Made by a program: the position numbers and the translations under genes. The notes below the pieces were generated by a model. The model did not search any database, was not told the origin of the DNA, and saw only the letters and a list, made by a program, of their open reading frames with translations. Positions 8,281 to 18,390 of a stretch of DNA of 64,000 nt are shown one piece after another (the stretch's first letter is position 1; each line of letters opens with the position of its first letter). Where the stretch lies: positions 3,348 through 67,347 of the forward strand of contig CAVXCA010000026.1 of assembly GCA_963759955.1 (NCBI GenBank), read 5' to 3'. The DNA is from an uncultured Alphaproteobacteria bacterium. Lineage in GTDB: Bacteria; Pseudomonadota; Alphaproteobacteria; Rhizobiales; Beijerinckiaceae.

Positions 8281-8471
8281 GACGATTCCTTTTGTCCTGG
8301 AGACACACGGAGCGCGCGCTCTGAACGCGGCGCGCACGGATATTAGAGGAATTCCCGCCCGTCGTCGCGACTTCATCGTCGCACCGTGTTCGGGTTCGCC
8401 CATCGACGTTACGGTCTGGTGAACGCGCGCCTTCGAAGACCAGCAAGCGCCGGCGGGCGTTTGTCGACTGG

Positions 8472-9377
8472 TTATGGCGCGGGCAGCGCCGGCGCCGGGC
8501 GATTGCCGGGAATTTGCGCGAGCGCGACGCCGGCCTTCACCGCCGCCTGCACTTTCTCGAACGCGCGCACCTCGATCTGGCGCACGCGCTCGCGCGAAAC
8601 GCCGAATTCCGTCGAAAGCTCTTCGAGAGTCACCGGGTCGTCGGCGAGCCGGCGCGCTTCGAAGATGCGGCGCTCGCGGGCGTTGAGCACGCGCAGCGCC
8701 TTCTTCAGCGCGTCGAGCCGGGCGTCGCTTTCCTCGCGATCGGCCAGAACCGTCTCTTGGCTGGCGCTTTCGTCGACCAGCCAATCCTGCCACTCGCCGT
8801 CGCCCTCTTCGCGCAGCGGCGCATTGAGCGAGGCGTCGCCCCCCAAGCGCCGGTTCATGTCGACGACGTCCTGCTGGGCGACGCCCAGGCGCTTGGCGAT
8901 CACGGCGACCTGATCGGCGCGCAGATCGCCGTCGTCGAGCGCCGAAATACGGCTCTTGGCCTTGCGCAAGTTGAAGAACAGCTTCTTCTGGCTCGCGGTC
9001 GTGCCCATTTTGACCAGCGACCAGGAGCGCAAGATGTATTCCTGGATCGAGGCGCGGATCCACCACATCGCGTAGGTCGCGAGCTTGAAGCCTTTGTCCG
9101 GCTCGAAGCGCCTGACCGCCTGCATCAGGCCGACGTTGCCCTCGGAAATGACTTCGCCGATCGGCAGGCCGTAGCCCCGGTAGCCCATGGCGATCTTGGC
9201 CACCAGTCGCAAATGGGAGGTGACGAGCTTATGCGCGGCCTCGCGATCGCCATGCTCGCGCCACCGCTTGGCGAGCATGTATTCTTCCTGCGGCTCCAGC
9301 ATCGGGAACCGTTTGATTTCCGAGAGATAGCGCGAAAGGCCAGACTCTCCGGCAATAATGGGAAGGGCGGCGGCCAT
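8472..9377 (-). CDS. rpoH: RNA polymerase sigma-32 factor
   Basis: LVTSHLRLV, EGNVGLMQAV, YAMWWIRA and RpoH box KMGTTASQKKLFFNLRK. RBS GAGGAG. Confidence 0.96.
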   Translation of the reverse strand: MAAALPIIAGESGLSRYLSEIKRFPMLEPQEEYMLAKRWREHGDREAAHKLVTSHLRLVAKIAMGYRGYGLPIGEVISEGNVGLMQAVRRFEPDKGFKLATYAMWWIRASIQEYILRSWSLVKMGTTASQKKLFFNLRKAKSRISALDDGDLRADQVAVIAKRLGVAQQDVVDMNRRLGGDASLNAPLREEGDGEWQDWLVDESASQETVLADREESDARLDALKKALRVLNARERRIFEARRLADDPVTLEELSTEFGVSRERVRQIEVRAFEKVQAAVKAGVALAQIPGNRPAPALPAP

Positions 9378-9549
9378 CGGGTTCTCCTCAGGGGGAGCGC
9401 ACGCGGCGGCCCGCGCTCCGGCGGTCGCTCGAAGCGCCGCGTCGCTCGATATAGTTCGATCGACCATGGCCGAAAGAGGGCGAAACGCAAGAGTTCGATC
9501 GAGGGTTGGATGACAAATCGTTCATCTCGCGGCCGCGCCCGCAGGGACT

Positions 9550-10659
9550 TCAGCGGCCGATCGGCTCACGTAACGCCTTGACAACAGCAATAAAATTGTC
9601 CGGCGGGGGGCTCTCGAAGAACAGCGCCTCGCCGGTGATCGGATGCTCGAAACCCAGACTGGCCGCGTGCAGGGCCTGGCGTCCCAAGGCCGCCAGCGCG
9701 AGGCGCGCCTCAGCCGACAATTGGCTCGCCTTGGTCTTGAAGCCGGCGCCGTAGACCGAATCGCCGAGCAAGGGATGGCCGATATGGGCGAGATGCACGC
9801 GGATCTGATGGGTGCGGCCGGTCTCCAGCCGGCAGGCGACCAGGCTCGCCGGCCCGAGCGGCCGTTCGACGCGCCAATGGGTGATCGCTTCGCGGCCGCG
9901 ACCCGGGCCGACCACCGCCATTTTCTCACGATGGCGCGGATGGCGCCCGAGCGGCGCGTCCACCACGCCCGCCTTTCCGTCCATCGCGCCCCACACCAGG
10001 GCGCGATATTCGCGCACCAGCGAGCCGGTGCGCCCGTGATCGGCGAACAGCGCGGCGAGCCCTTGATGCGCGGCGTCGGTCTTGGCGACCACGATCAGCC
10101 CGGAGGTGTCCTTGTCGAGGCGATGCACGATGCCCGGCCGCTTCACCCCGCCGATCCCGGAAAGGCTGGCGCCGCAATGGCGGATCAGCGCATTGACCAA
10201 GGTGCCCGAGGAATGTCCAGGCGCGGGATGCACGACCAGCCCCGCGGGCTTGTTGAGGACGACGAGATGGTCGTCCTCGAATGCGATGTCCAGCGCGACG
10301 TCCTCCCCGACGAGTTCCGATTCCTCGGCGGGGGGCGCGACGACGACGATTTTCGCGCCTTCGGCCAATTTGGCCGCCGGATCGCGCGTCTCGACGCCGT
10401 CGACCGCGACCTGTCCGGCTTCGATCAGCCCCTTGAGCCGGGTGCGCGACAGCGCGAGGCGCCGCTCGCCCGCCGCGTGCGCCAAGAAGCGGTCGAGCCG
10501 CTCGCCCGCTTCGCCCGCGCCGACCTCGAAATCGATCGCGCCTTCGGCGGCGGCGAGCGCGGGCCGCTCGGCAGGCGCCGGATCGGGAAGCGCCGGCTCG
10601 GAAGGCGCGCCGTCCGACGCCGCGCGGCTCCACGCGCGGCTCTTCGCCTTGGCGTTCAC
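9550..10659 (-). CDS. rluD: RluA-family 23S rRNA pseudouridine synthase
   Basis: S4 domain, NKPAGLVVHP, HRLDKDTSG and GRTHQIRVH. Confidence 0.92.
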   Translation of the reverse strand: MNAKAKSRAWSRAASDGAPSEPALPDPAPAERPALAAAEGAIDFEVGAGEAGERLDRFLAHAAGERRLALSRTRLKGLIEAGQVAVDGVETRDPAAKLAEGAKIVVVAPPAEESELVGEDVALDIAFEDDHLVVLNKPAGLVVHPAPGHSSGTLVNALIRHCGASLSGIGGVKRPGIVHRLDKDTSGLIVVAKTDAAHQGLAALFADHGRTGSLVREYRALVWGAMDGKAGVVDAPLGRHPRHREKMAVVGPGRGREAITHWRVERPLGPASLVACRLETGRTHQIRVHLAHIGHPLLGDSVYGAGFKTKASQLSAEARLALAALGRQALHAASLGFEHPITGEALFFESPPPDNFIAVVKALREPIGR

Positions 10660-11652
10660 TTAGCCCCCTGGCCGCGCCGGCGCACGCGCGCGGCGGGTTC
10701 GGCGGCCGCCGGGGCGACCAGCGGGCCGAGCGCGGCGACGATCGCTTCGAGGCTCGGCCGCACGCCCGGCCGATGGGCGTCGAGACCGCGCCGCATCGCC
10801 GCCAGATGGGCGGGCTTGGTCCCGCAGCATCCGCCGATGATGCGCGCGCCGGCGTCGACCGCGAGGCCGGCGTAGGCCGCCATCAGTTCCGGCGAGCCGG
10901 AGTAGTGGATATGAGCGCCATGCCATTGGGGTATTCCCGCATTGGCCTTGGCGATCAGGACTCCTTCGGGCCGCGCCTCGCTCATGGCGAGGATCGAGAC
11001 CAAGAGATCGGCGGCGCCGACGCCGCAGTTGGCGCCGAACGCGAGCGGCTGAGGATCGAAATCCGCCGACGAGTTCGGCGAAGGCGGCCGGAGCGAGTCC
11101 CATCATCGTCTTGCCCGCGGTGTCGAAACTCGCGGTCGCGGTATAGGGCATCCCCAAGCGGCCTGCCGCGCGCGCCGCGGCGCGGATTTCATCAGGCGAG
11201 GACATAGTCTCGATCCACACGACGTCGGCGTCGCCTTCGCGCAGCCCTTCGATCTGTTCGACGAAGATTTCTACGGCCTCGTCCTCGGCGAGCGGGCCGA
11301 GCGGCGCCAAGAGATCGCCGGTCGGCCCGAGCGAGCCGGCGACGACGACGCGGCGCCCCGCGCCTTTCGCCACGGCGCGCGCATTCTCAGCCGCCAATCG
11401 ATTGAGTTCGCGCGTTCGCCTCTCGAGGCCGTGCAAGGCCAGGCGGCGGCGGTTGCCGCCGAAGCTATTGGTCAGGATGATGTCCGCGCCGGCGTCGACG
11501 AAGCTTTGGTGCAGCGCCCGGATCGCCTCGGGACGGGTGGCGTTCCATAATTCTGGGTTGTCGCCCGCAGTCAACCCAGCCTCAAACAAGTTCGTCCCCG
11601 TCGCGCCGTCGGCGAGCAGCGGACGACCCTCGGCGAGCAGAGTCTGGAGCAT
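10656..11652 (-). CDS. bmt: Homocysteine S-methyltransferase family protein (Bmt/MetH N-terminal type); +1 frameshift at 11058-11063
   Basis: LLADGATGT, AGADIILTNSFG and ETMS in one frame. GANCGVG, NAGIP and IIGGCCGT in the next. Removing one base restores a 332-codon frame. Confidence 0.85.
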
Positions 11653-11953
11653 GGATTCCTCGTGAAGGGGGCGAGCAGCGGCCGCGAACGGAAAGCTCCC
11701 CGCGCTGGGCAGATTTAGGCGCGGCTGGCCGCGATGACAAGCGGGCGTGGCAAACCTTGATCGAGCGGGCGCGCCGGGCTCGGCTCCGCCTTGATTTGAA
11801 CGGTGTGTTCCGGTATTCCGTAAGGCATCGATTACCGGCCGACGACTTGGCCCCGTATCTCGCGATGCGTGCCGACGAACCTCCCTGCATCGATATTCGC
11901 GCCGTCGCCGGCGCGCCAATGCGTATCGACACTCTCATATACGGAACTCTCCG

Positions 11954-12163
11954 ATGGCAACGGGTACGGTGAAGTGGTTCAACGCCACCAAAGGGTATGG
12001 CTTCATTCAGCCTGACGACGGCGGCAAGGACGTATTCGTCCACATCAGCGCGGTCGAGCGCGCGGGTCTTCGCGAACTCAATGAAGGCCAAAAAGTCTCT
12101 TACGAAATCGTCGCGGATAAGCGCACTGGCAAGTCCTCGGCCGGAAATCTCAGCGTCGCTTAA
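11954..12163 (+). CDS. cspA: Cold-shock protein
   Basis: [17 protein letters not shown] and DVFVHISA. Confidence 0.97.
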   Translation: MATGTVKWFNATKGYGFIQPDDGGKDVFVHISAVERAGLRELNEGQKVSYEIVADKRTGKSSAGNLSVA

Positions 12164-12280
12164 CAAGACCCTCCGTCCACTCGGCGGACCCGACCCAAGG
12201 CCCCGGCGACAAGCGGTGGGCTCTTGCCTATTGTGACGCCTTTCGCGCGGCGCGCCAGCGCCCAGCGGGGAGGACGAAGA

Positions 12281-13804
12281 ATGTCGAGCGAAGGGCGCGC
12301 CAGCGAGACTTTTCTCGGGCTGGACATCGGCACGTCGTCCGTCAAGGCCCTGCTGATCGACTTCGATCAACAGGTCGTAGCGGACGTTTCCGTCCCGTTG
12401 TCGCTGTCGCGGCCGCATCTTTTGTGGAGCGAGCAGAACCCTCTCGATTGGGTCGAAGGGGTCGAGGCCGCCGCCGCCGCGGTTCGGCGTCACGCGCCGC
12501 AGGCGTTCGCCCGTCTTGCCGGGATCGGTCTTTCCGGGCAGATGCACGGCGCGACGTTGCTCGACGCCAACGACGCGCCGCTGCGGCCGGCGATTCTTTG
12601 GAATGACGGCCGCGCCTTCGCCGAATGCGCCGAGCTCGAGCGCCGCGTTCCAGAGTTTCGCCGCCGCGCCGGCAACATCGCGATGCCGGGCTTCACCGCG
12701 CCCAAGGTTCTCTGGGTCGCCGCGCACGAGCCGGAGGTGTTCGCTGCGACCGCCCGCGTCCTGCTGCCCAAGGATTTCGTTCGCCTGCGCTTGTCCGGCG
12801 AGGCCGTTTCGGACATGTCCGACGCCTCGGGCACGCTCTGGCTCGACATCGCGCATCGCCGCTGGGACGACGAGCTTCTCGCCGCCAGCGGGCTCAAGCG
12901 TTCGCAAATGCCGCGCCTGGTCGAGGGCTCGGCGGTTTCGGCCGTGCTCTCCCCCGCCGTCGCGAGCGCCTGGGGCCTCGCAGGGCGGCGCATTCCCATC
13001 GCCGGCGGCGCCGGCGACAACGCGGCCTCCGCAGTCGGCGTCGGCGCGATCCAAGCCGGCGCGGGTTTCGTTTCGCTCGGCACGTCGGGCGTGATCTTTT
13101 CGGCGACCGATCGCTTCGTCAGCCTGCCCGAGCGCACGCTGCACGCATTCTGCCATGCGCTGCCGGGTCGTTGGCACGCCATGGCGGTGATGCTGTCGGC
13201 GGCTTCCGCGCTCAGCTGGATTGCGAAAACGCTCGGCCGCGCCGACGACATCGCCGGCTGCGTCGAAGCCGCCGAGGCCTTCGCTCGGACGCCGGACGCC
13301 GTCGCGGCGGCGCCGGTTTTCCTGCCCTATCTCAGCGGCGAACGCACGCCCCACAACGATGCGGCCGCCACCGGGCTATTCGCGGGCCTGCGCGCCGATC
13401 ACGGCGCGGACGCGCTGATTTACGCGGTGCTCGAAGGCGTCGCGTTCGCCTTCGCCGACGGCGTCGAGGTGCTCGCCGCGGCCGGCGCGCGGCCGCGCCA
13501 GTCGATGTTGGTGGGCGGAGGCGCGCGTTCCAGTTTCTGGGGCCAGATGATCGCCGACGCCACGGGGCTGACGATCGACCTCGCCGCCGGGGCGGAAGCG
13601 GGCGCGGCGTTCGGCGCGGCGCGGCTGGCGATGCTGGCGGCGGGGGCCGGCGACGAGGGCGCTGTCTGCCGCCGTCCCGCGATCGAGCGGCAATTCGTCC
13701 CCGACGCGGCGAGCGCGGCGCTTCACGCCCCGCGACTGCGGCGTTTTCACGCGCTCTACGCCGCGGAGAAAGAGATTCGCGAGGCCAAATTCGCCAGGAT
13801 GTGA
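12281..13804 (+). CDS. xylB: Xylulokinase (FGGY kinase)
   Basis: LGLDIGTSSVK, GQMHG, ILWNDGR, GDNAA, PYLSGERTP and GGGARS. RBS GGAGG. Confidence 0.9.
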   Translation: MSSEGRASETFLGLDIGTSSVKALLIDFDQQVVADVSVPLSLSRPHLLWSEQNPLDWVEGVEAAAAAVRRHAPQAFARLAGIGLSGQMHGATLLDANDAPLRPAILWNDGRAFAECAELERRVPEFRRRAGNIAMPGFTAPKVLWVAAHEPEVFAATARVLLPKDFVRLRLSGEAVSDMSDASGTLWLDIAHRRWDDELLAASGLKRSQMPRLVEGSAVSAVLSPAVASAWGLAGRRIPIAGGAGDNAASAVGVGAIQAGAGFVSLGTSGVIFSATDRFVSLPERTLHAFCHALPGRWHAMAVMLSAASALSWIAKTLGRADDIAGCVEAAEAFARTPDAVAAAPVFLPYLSGERTPHNDAAATGLFAGLRADHGADALIYAVLEGVAFAFADGVEVLAAAGARPRQSMLVGGGARSSFWGQMIADATGLTIDLAAGAEAGAAFGAARLAMLAAGAGDEGAVCRRPAIERQFVPDAASAALHAPRLRRFHALYAAEKEIREAKFARM

Positions 13805-13880
13805 TCGCAAGACCTAACTCTTCTTGAAGACGAGCGACCTAAGCTGCGCCGCTGTCTTCGATCGCTTTGGAGTACGAGTC

Positions 13881-14912
13881 ATGGCCTTCCTGACTTGGCT
13901 GCGGGCGGGAATTCTCGACCGACTGGTGCAGACTTTCGGCGCGACGGCGCCTTACGGCGCGACGGCGTTGGCCGGCGCCCTGACCTGCTCGGTCGCCTAT
14001 TACGTCTGGCGCCGGCGCTCGCGCGGCCGCCCGATGAGCGCGAGAGGCTTCGTGCGCTGGCTCTTCGCCGGGCGCATCTTCTGGAATCCTTCCTCGCTCA
14101 TGGACATGCGCCTGTGGATTCTCAACGGGCTGGTGCTCGCCTGGGCTTACGGCTTCCTCGCGGTCGGCGCCGTCTTCTGCAAGAACGCGGTCGCGGCGGC
14201 GATGACCGACGCGTTCGGTTCGCATCAGCCGACCGTCTGGCCGGCCTGGACGGTGCTGACCATGGCGACGCTGTTCGAATTGCTCGCCTATGAACTCGCC
14301 TATTGGTTCGGCCATTACCTCTTCCACCGCATTCCCGCGCTATGGGAGTTCCACAAGGTGCATCATTCGGCCGAGGTGATGACGCCTTTCACCGAGCTGC
14401 GCCAACATCCGATCGAAATCCTCGCGTTCGTGAACCTGGTCGCCATCGCCACCGGCACGGTGTTCGGCGTGATGACCTACGCCTTCGGGCCCGGCGTCCA
14501 GCCCTTCACCTTGCTCAACAGCAATATCCTGCTGATGCTGTTCCTCATCACCTACGGCCACCTGCGCCATACTCATATGTGGATCTCGTTCACCGGTCTG
14601 GCGGGCAAGATCTTGCAGAGCCCGGCCCATCATCAGCTCCATCACTCCGACAACCCCTTGCATTGGGACAAGAATCTCGGCTTCGCGCTCGCGGTGTGGG
14701 ACTGGGCGTTCGGGACGCTGTACATTCCACAGCCGACCCGCGAGGCCATCCGCTTCGGCGTCGGCCCGACCCAGGGCGAGTTCAGCACCGTGACGCGCAA
14801 TTACGTGCTGCCGTTCGTCCGTTTCGGCGAGCACGTCGCCAAAGCCGCGCGCCATCTCGTCCCCGCGGCGCACGGCGCGATCGGAGCCGATGCCGGCAAG
14901 TTGCGCGGCTGA
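13881..14912 (+). CDS. Sterol desaturase / fatty acid hydroxylase superfamily membrane protein
   Basis: His boxes HYLFH, HKVHH, HLRH and HHQLHH. KNLG...WDWAFGT. Confidence 0.88.
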   Translation: MAFLTWLRAGILDRLVQTFGATAPYGATALAGALTCSVAYYVWRRRSRGRPMSARGFVRWLFAGRIFWNPSSLMDMRLWILNGLVLAWAYGFLAVGAVFCKNAVAAAMTDAFGSHQPTVWPAWTVLTMATLFELLAYELAYWFGHYLFHRIPALWEFHKVHHSAEVMTPFTELRQHPIEILAFVNLVAIATGTVFGVMTYAFGPGVQPFTLLNSNILLMLFLITYGHLRHTHMWISFTGLAGKILQSPAHHQLHHSDNPLHWDKNLGFALAVWDWAFGTLYIPQPTREAIRFGVGPTQGEFSTVTRNYVLPFVRFGEHVAKAARHLVPAAHGAIGADAGKLRG

Positions 14913-15030
14913 CGGCATTTCATGGAAGCGCCCGCGAGGGCTCGTCCCTCTGTTCGCCGGCGCCGAACACAAGGTGACGAGCGCGTCCTGGCCCCTGTAA
15001 GATCGTCGCCCATCGAACTGGCGAGGCAAC

Positions 15031-15786
15031 ATGGCCGAGGACAAATTCGCGCTCGTCACGGGCGCCGGACGCGGAATCGGGCGCGCGGCGGCCTTGGCGC
15101 TCGCCAAGGCCGGCTGGCATGTCGCCCTCGCCGGCCGCAGCTTCGAGCCGCTCGCCGCAGTCGCGCGAGAGATCGAAGCGTCGGAGCGGCGCGCGCTCGC
15201 GCTAAGCTGCGACGTCGGCGACCCCGTCGCCGTCAAGGCGCTGTTCGCGGCGCTCGAACGCGATTTCGGACGGCTCGATCTCCTGTTCAACAACGCCGGG
15301 GCGGGCGCTCCCGCCGTGCCGATTGACGAGCTGAGCTACGAGCAATGGAAGGCGGTCGTCGACGTCAACCTGACTGGCGCGTTCCTGTGCGCGCAGGGCG
15401 CGATCGCCTTGATGAAGCGCCAGAGCCCGCGCGGCGGGCGCATCATCAACAACGGCTCGATTTCCGCTCATGCGCCGCGCCCCAACAGCGCCCCCTACAC
15501 GGCGACCAAGCACGCGATCGCCGGCTTGACCAAGTCGATCGCGCTCGACGGGCGCGCTTTCGACATCGCCTGCGGGCAGATCGACATCGGCAACGCGCTG
15601 ACCGAAATGGCGTTCAAGATGACCCAGGGCGTGCCGCAGGCGGACGGGCGCATCGCCGTCGAGCCGACGATCGACGTGGCTGAGGTCGGCGACGCGATCG
15701 TTCACATGGCGAGCCTGCCGCTCGCCTCGAACATCTTGTCGATGACGTTGATGGCGACCAAGATGCCCTTCGTCGGGCGGGGCTGA
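15031..15786 (+). CDS. SDR family oxidoreductase
   Basis: [12 protein letters not shown] and YTATK. Confidence 0.92.
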   Translation: MAEDKFALVTGAGRGIGRAAALALAKAGWHVALAGRSFEPLAAVAREIEASERRALALSCDVGDPVAVKALFAALERDFGRLDLLFNNAGAGAPAVPIDELSYEQWKAVVDVNLTGAFLCAQGAIALMKRQSPRGGRIINNGSISAHAPRPNSAPYTATKHAIAGLTKSIALDGRAFDIACGQIDIGNALTEMAFKMTQGVPQADGRIAVEPTIDVAEVGDAIVHMASLPLASNILSMTLMATKMPFVGRG

Positions 15787-15800
15787 AACGCGAGGCCTTT

Positions 15801-16805
15801 TTAGTTCGGCGCGGCGATCAACGGCTCGAGCGGCGCAGCAATGGCGCCGCGGGCCATTTCGCGGTCGAACCGGGCGAGGCCCCCCTCCTCGTTGCCGTTG
15901 GGGTGGACGAGCACGATCGACCCCTCGCCCGGCTTCTGACCGAGCGCGAGCCAGGCGTCGGCCCCGAGCGAAATCAGATGATGGCGGCGCACCGCCTGCA
16001 TCAACGGCGCGTTGGAGATCAGGCCGGGAAAGCGGAAAAACAGCGACGGCGTCTGGCCGTTGGCGATGAGGAGACGCTCGGTGTCGAGAATCTCCGCGTC
16101 GGCGTCGACGCCCCTGGTGAGCAGAAAGTTGCGCTCGTCGGGTTCGCCGCGCCGATAGGGATGATGATAGGTGTGGTCGACCCAGAGGATGTCGAGCGCG
16201 CCGACCGCCTGCTTGTCGACGAGCCAGCGATAATCCTGGAAGTGATGGGTGAGCCAAAGACCCGAGATCGACAACGCCACCGGGGTATGCGGCCCTTGGG
16301 CCGCGAGCTTGTCGAAGAACGGCCGGTCGAGCGGACGTCGGCTGGGACAGAGATCGCCAGTGACGAAGGCGCCGGCGGCGCCGCCGTGGGTGAGGCCGGC
16401 GTTCTGCAGAAAGCCGCGGTGGACGAGACCCGGCGCTTCGGCCGATCGCGCGACCGCGCCCATGATGCGCGTGTCGGCGAGGGACTCTTCGGCCGCGTCC
16501 TGGCAGGTCCAGCAGGCGGCGCGCTCCAGCCGGGTCGACAGCTTCTGCGGATCGGCGAGGAGCAGAATCGGCGCGCCGGCGATGGTCATCGTCCGGATCG
16601 CCACCGCCTCGCGCCCGTCCGCGGCGCGGCAGGTCCGCAACACCGATTGATAATCCTCGACTGCATCCTTGCTCGCGAGCCGCTCGGACGGGGCGGGCGC
16701 ATACAGGCAGGGAGAAGCGTCGCCCGCTTCGGCGGCGCGCGCGACAGCGCCCATGGCGAGGACGAAGAGGACGAGGGCGCATGAGCGCAGGCGACGCGTC
16801 GGCAA
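15801..16805 (-). CDS. Secreted polysaccharide deacetylase-like protein
   Basis: Signal peptide. TGDLCP, HTYHHP and FFRFPGL resemble NodB-type motifs. Confidence 0.6.
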   Translation of the reverse strand: MPTRRLRSCALVLFVLAMGAVARAAEAGDASPCLYAPAPSERLASKDAVEDYQSVLRTCRAADGREAVAIRTMTIAGAPILLLADPQKLSTRLERAACWTCQDAAEESLADTRIMGAVARSAEAPGLVHRGFLQNAGLTHGGAAGAFVTGDLCPSRRPLDRPFFDKLAAQGPHTPVALSISGLWLTHHFQDYRWLVDKQAVGALDILWVDHTYHHPYRRGEPDERNFLLTRGVDADAEILDTERLLIANGQTPSLFFRFPGLISNAPLMQAVRRHHLISLGADAWLALGQKPGEGSIVLVHPNGNEEGGLARFDREMARGAIAAPLEPLIAAPN

Positions 16806-17003
16806 GCAGAAACTCCTTCGGGCGCGGCCGCGTCAAACCGCGCCGCGCATCAATCATAACAGAGGTTTGGGCGCCGTTTTGTGATCATTTCGCGACGCCC
16901 TCCGCAATTTGGACCGGCCGGGCTGGAACATGGCGGTCCGCCGGCGCATATTGGTTGATCGTCGAGGGCGCGCGTCGAAGCGACGCGCGCGGAAGGATTT
17001 AAG

Positions 17004-17357
17004 ATGATCCCGATCGCTCTATTGATTGCGCTGGCGGGCGCTCCCCCTTCCGTCAGTCTGGCGAGCATATGCCAAAGCGCGCAAGCGGCGGCGCTTCCAG
17101 AGGACAAGAAGGCGGCTTACGACAGCTGCGTGCGCGACGAGAATGACGCGCTCGATCGACTGCGAGCGAAGTGGGCGCACTATTCGGCGGCCGCGCGAGC
17201 GGCCTGCGTCGGCAGCGACGCCGTCACGCTGAGCTACGTCGAACTGCTGACCTGCCTCGAAATGCAGCCGGGCGGCAGCCTCAGCTTGCAGGGCGCCGAT
17301 GACGCCGCCTCGACAGGCGCCGGCGTCGCGCCGCTCAAGCGCCCACCCAAACAGTAG
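17004..17357 (+). CDS. Small secreted four-cysteine hypothetical protein
   Basis: Hydrophobic N-terminus and four spaced Cys residues. Confidence 0.7.
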   Translation: MIPIALLIALAGAPPSVSLASICQSAQAAALPEDKKAAYDSCVRDENDALDRLRAKWAHYSAAARAACVGSDAVTLSYVELLTCLEMQPGGSLSLQGADDAASTGAGVAPLKRPPKQ

Positions 17358-17480
17358 CCGTGAGCCGCCCGCGCCTTTCGACAGCGATATCAGCGACGGC
17401 GCGACGGCCGGCCCACCTTGCTTAGTCGAGTCAATCTGTCTATTGACTAGACGGATTAGTCCTCCCGAGACGCTGTCGCC

Positions 17481-18389
17481 ATGCCCAACGCTTTGCCCCT
17501 GCACCTCAGGCGCCTTGAGACGGAAGCAATTCACATAATGCGCGAGGTTGTCGCTGAGTTTTGCGCGCCAGTTATGCTATATTCGGTCGGCAAGGACTCC
17601 AGCGCGATGCTGCACATCGCGTTCAAGGCCTTCTATCCCGCGCCGCCGCCCTTTCCGCTGCTGCATGTCGACACGACCTGGAAGTTTCGCGAGATGATCG
17701 CGTTCCGCGACGAGACGGCGCGGCGGCTGGGGCTCGACCTGCGCGTCCATGTCAACCAAGAGGGCGTCGCGCGCGGCGTTTCTCCCGTCGCCTCGGGCAG
17801 CCGGGTCCATACCGAGGTGATGAAGACGGAAGCGCTGCGCCAGGCCCTCGACCAGGGCGGCTTCGACGCAGCGTTCGGCGGCGCCCGGCGCGACGAAGAA
17901 AAGAGCCGCGCCAAGGAGCGCGTGTTCTCGCATCGCTCGGCCGCGCACGTCTGGGACCCGCGCAACCAGCGGCCCGAGCTTTGGCGCCTCTACAACACGC
18001 GTATCCGCGAGGGCGAATCGATGCGCGTCTTCCCCTTGTCGAACTGGACCGAACTCGACGTCTGGGAATACGTGCGCGCCGAAGAGATTCCGGTCGTTCC
18101 CCTTTATTTCGCCAAAGAGCGCCCCGTCGTCGAGCGCGAGGGAACGCTGATCATGGTCGACGACGACCGTCTGCCGCTACGACCGGGCGAAGAGCCGCAG
18201 ATGCGTCGCGTGCGCTTCCGCACGCTCGGGTGCTATCCTTTGACCGGCGCGATCGAATCGGACGCCGACACGCTCGACGCGATCGTCGCGGAAATGCGCG
18301 CCGCCACGACCTCCGAACGGCAGGGGCGGCTGATCGACGCCGACGAATCGGCCTCGATGGAAAAGAAGAAGCGCGAGGGGTACTTTTGA
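17481..18389 (+). CDS. cysD: Sulfate adenylyltransferase subunit 2
   Basis: [24 protein letters not shown] and FRTLGC. Confidence 0.95.
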   Translation: MPNALPLHLRRLETEAIHIMREVVAEFCAPVMLYSVGKDSSAMLHIAFKAFYPAPPPFPLLHVDTTWKFREMIAFRDETARRLGLDLRVHVNQEGVARGVSPVASGSRVHTEVMKTEALRQALDQGGFDAAFGGARRDEEKSRAKERVFSHRSAAHVWDPRNQRPELWRLYNTRIREGESMRVFPLSNWTELDVWEYVRAEEIPVVPLYFAKERPVVEREGTLIMVDDDRLPLRPGEEPQMRRVRFRTLGCYPLTGAIESDADTLDAIVAEMRAATTSERQGRLIDADESASMEKKKREGYF

Positions 18390-18390
18390 G

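Noticed and set aside
11653-11953. Possible SAM or cobalamin riboswitch upstream of bmt
   Set aside because: No recognisable consensus by eye. An Infernal/Rfam scan would be needed.
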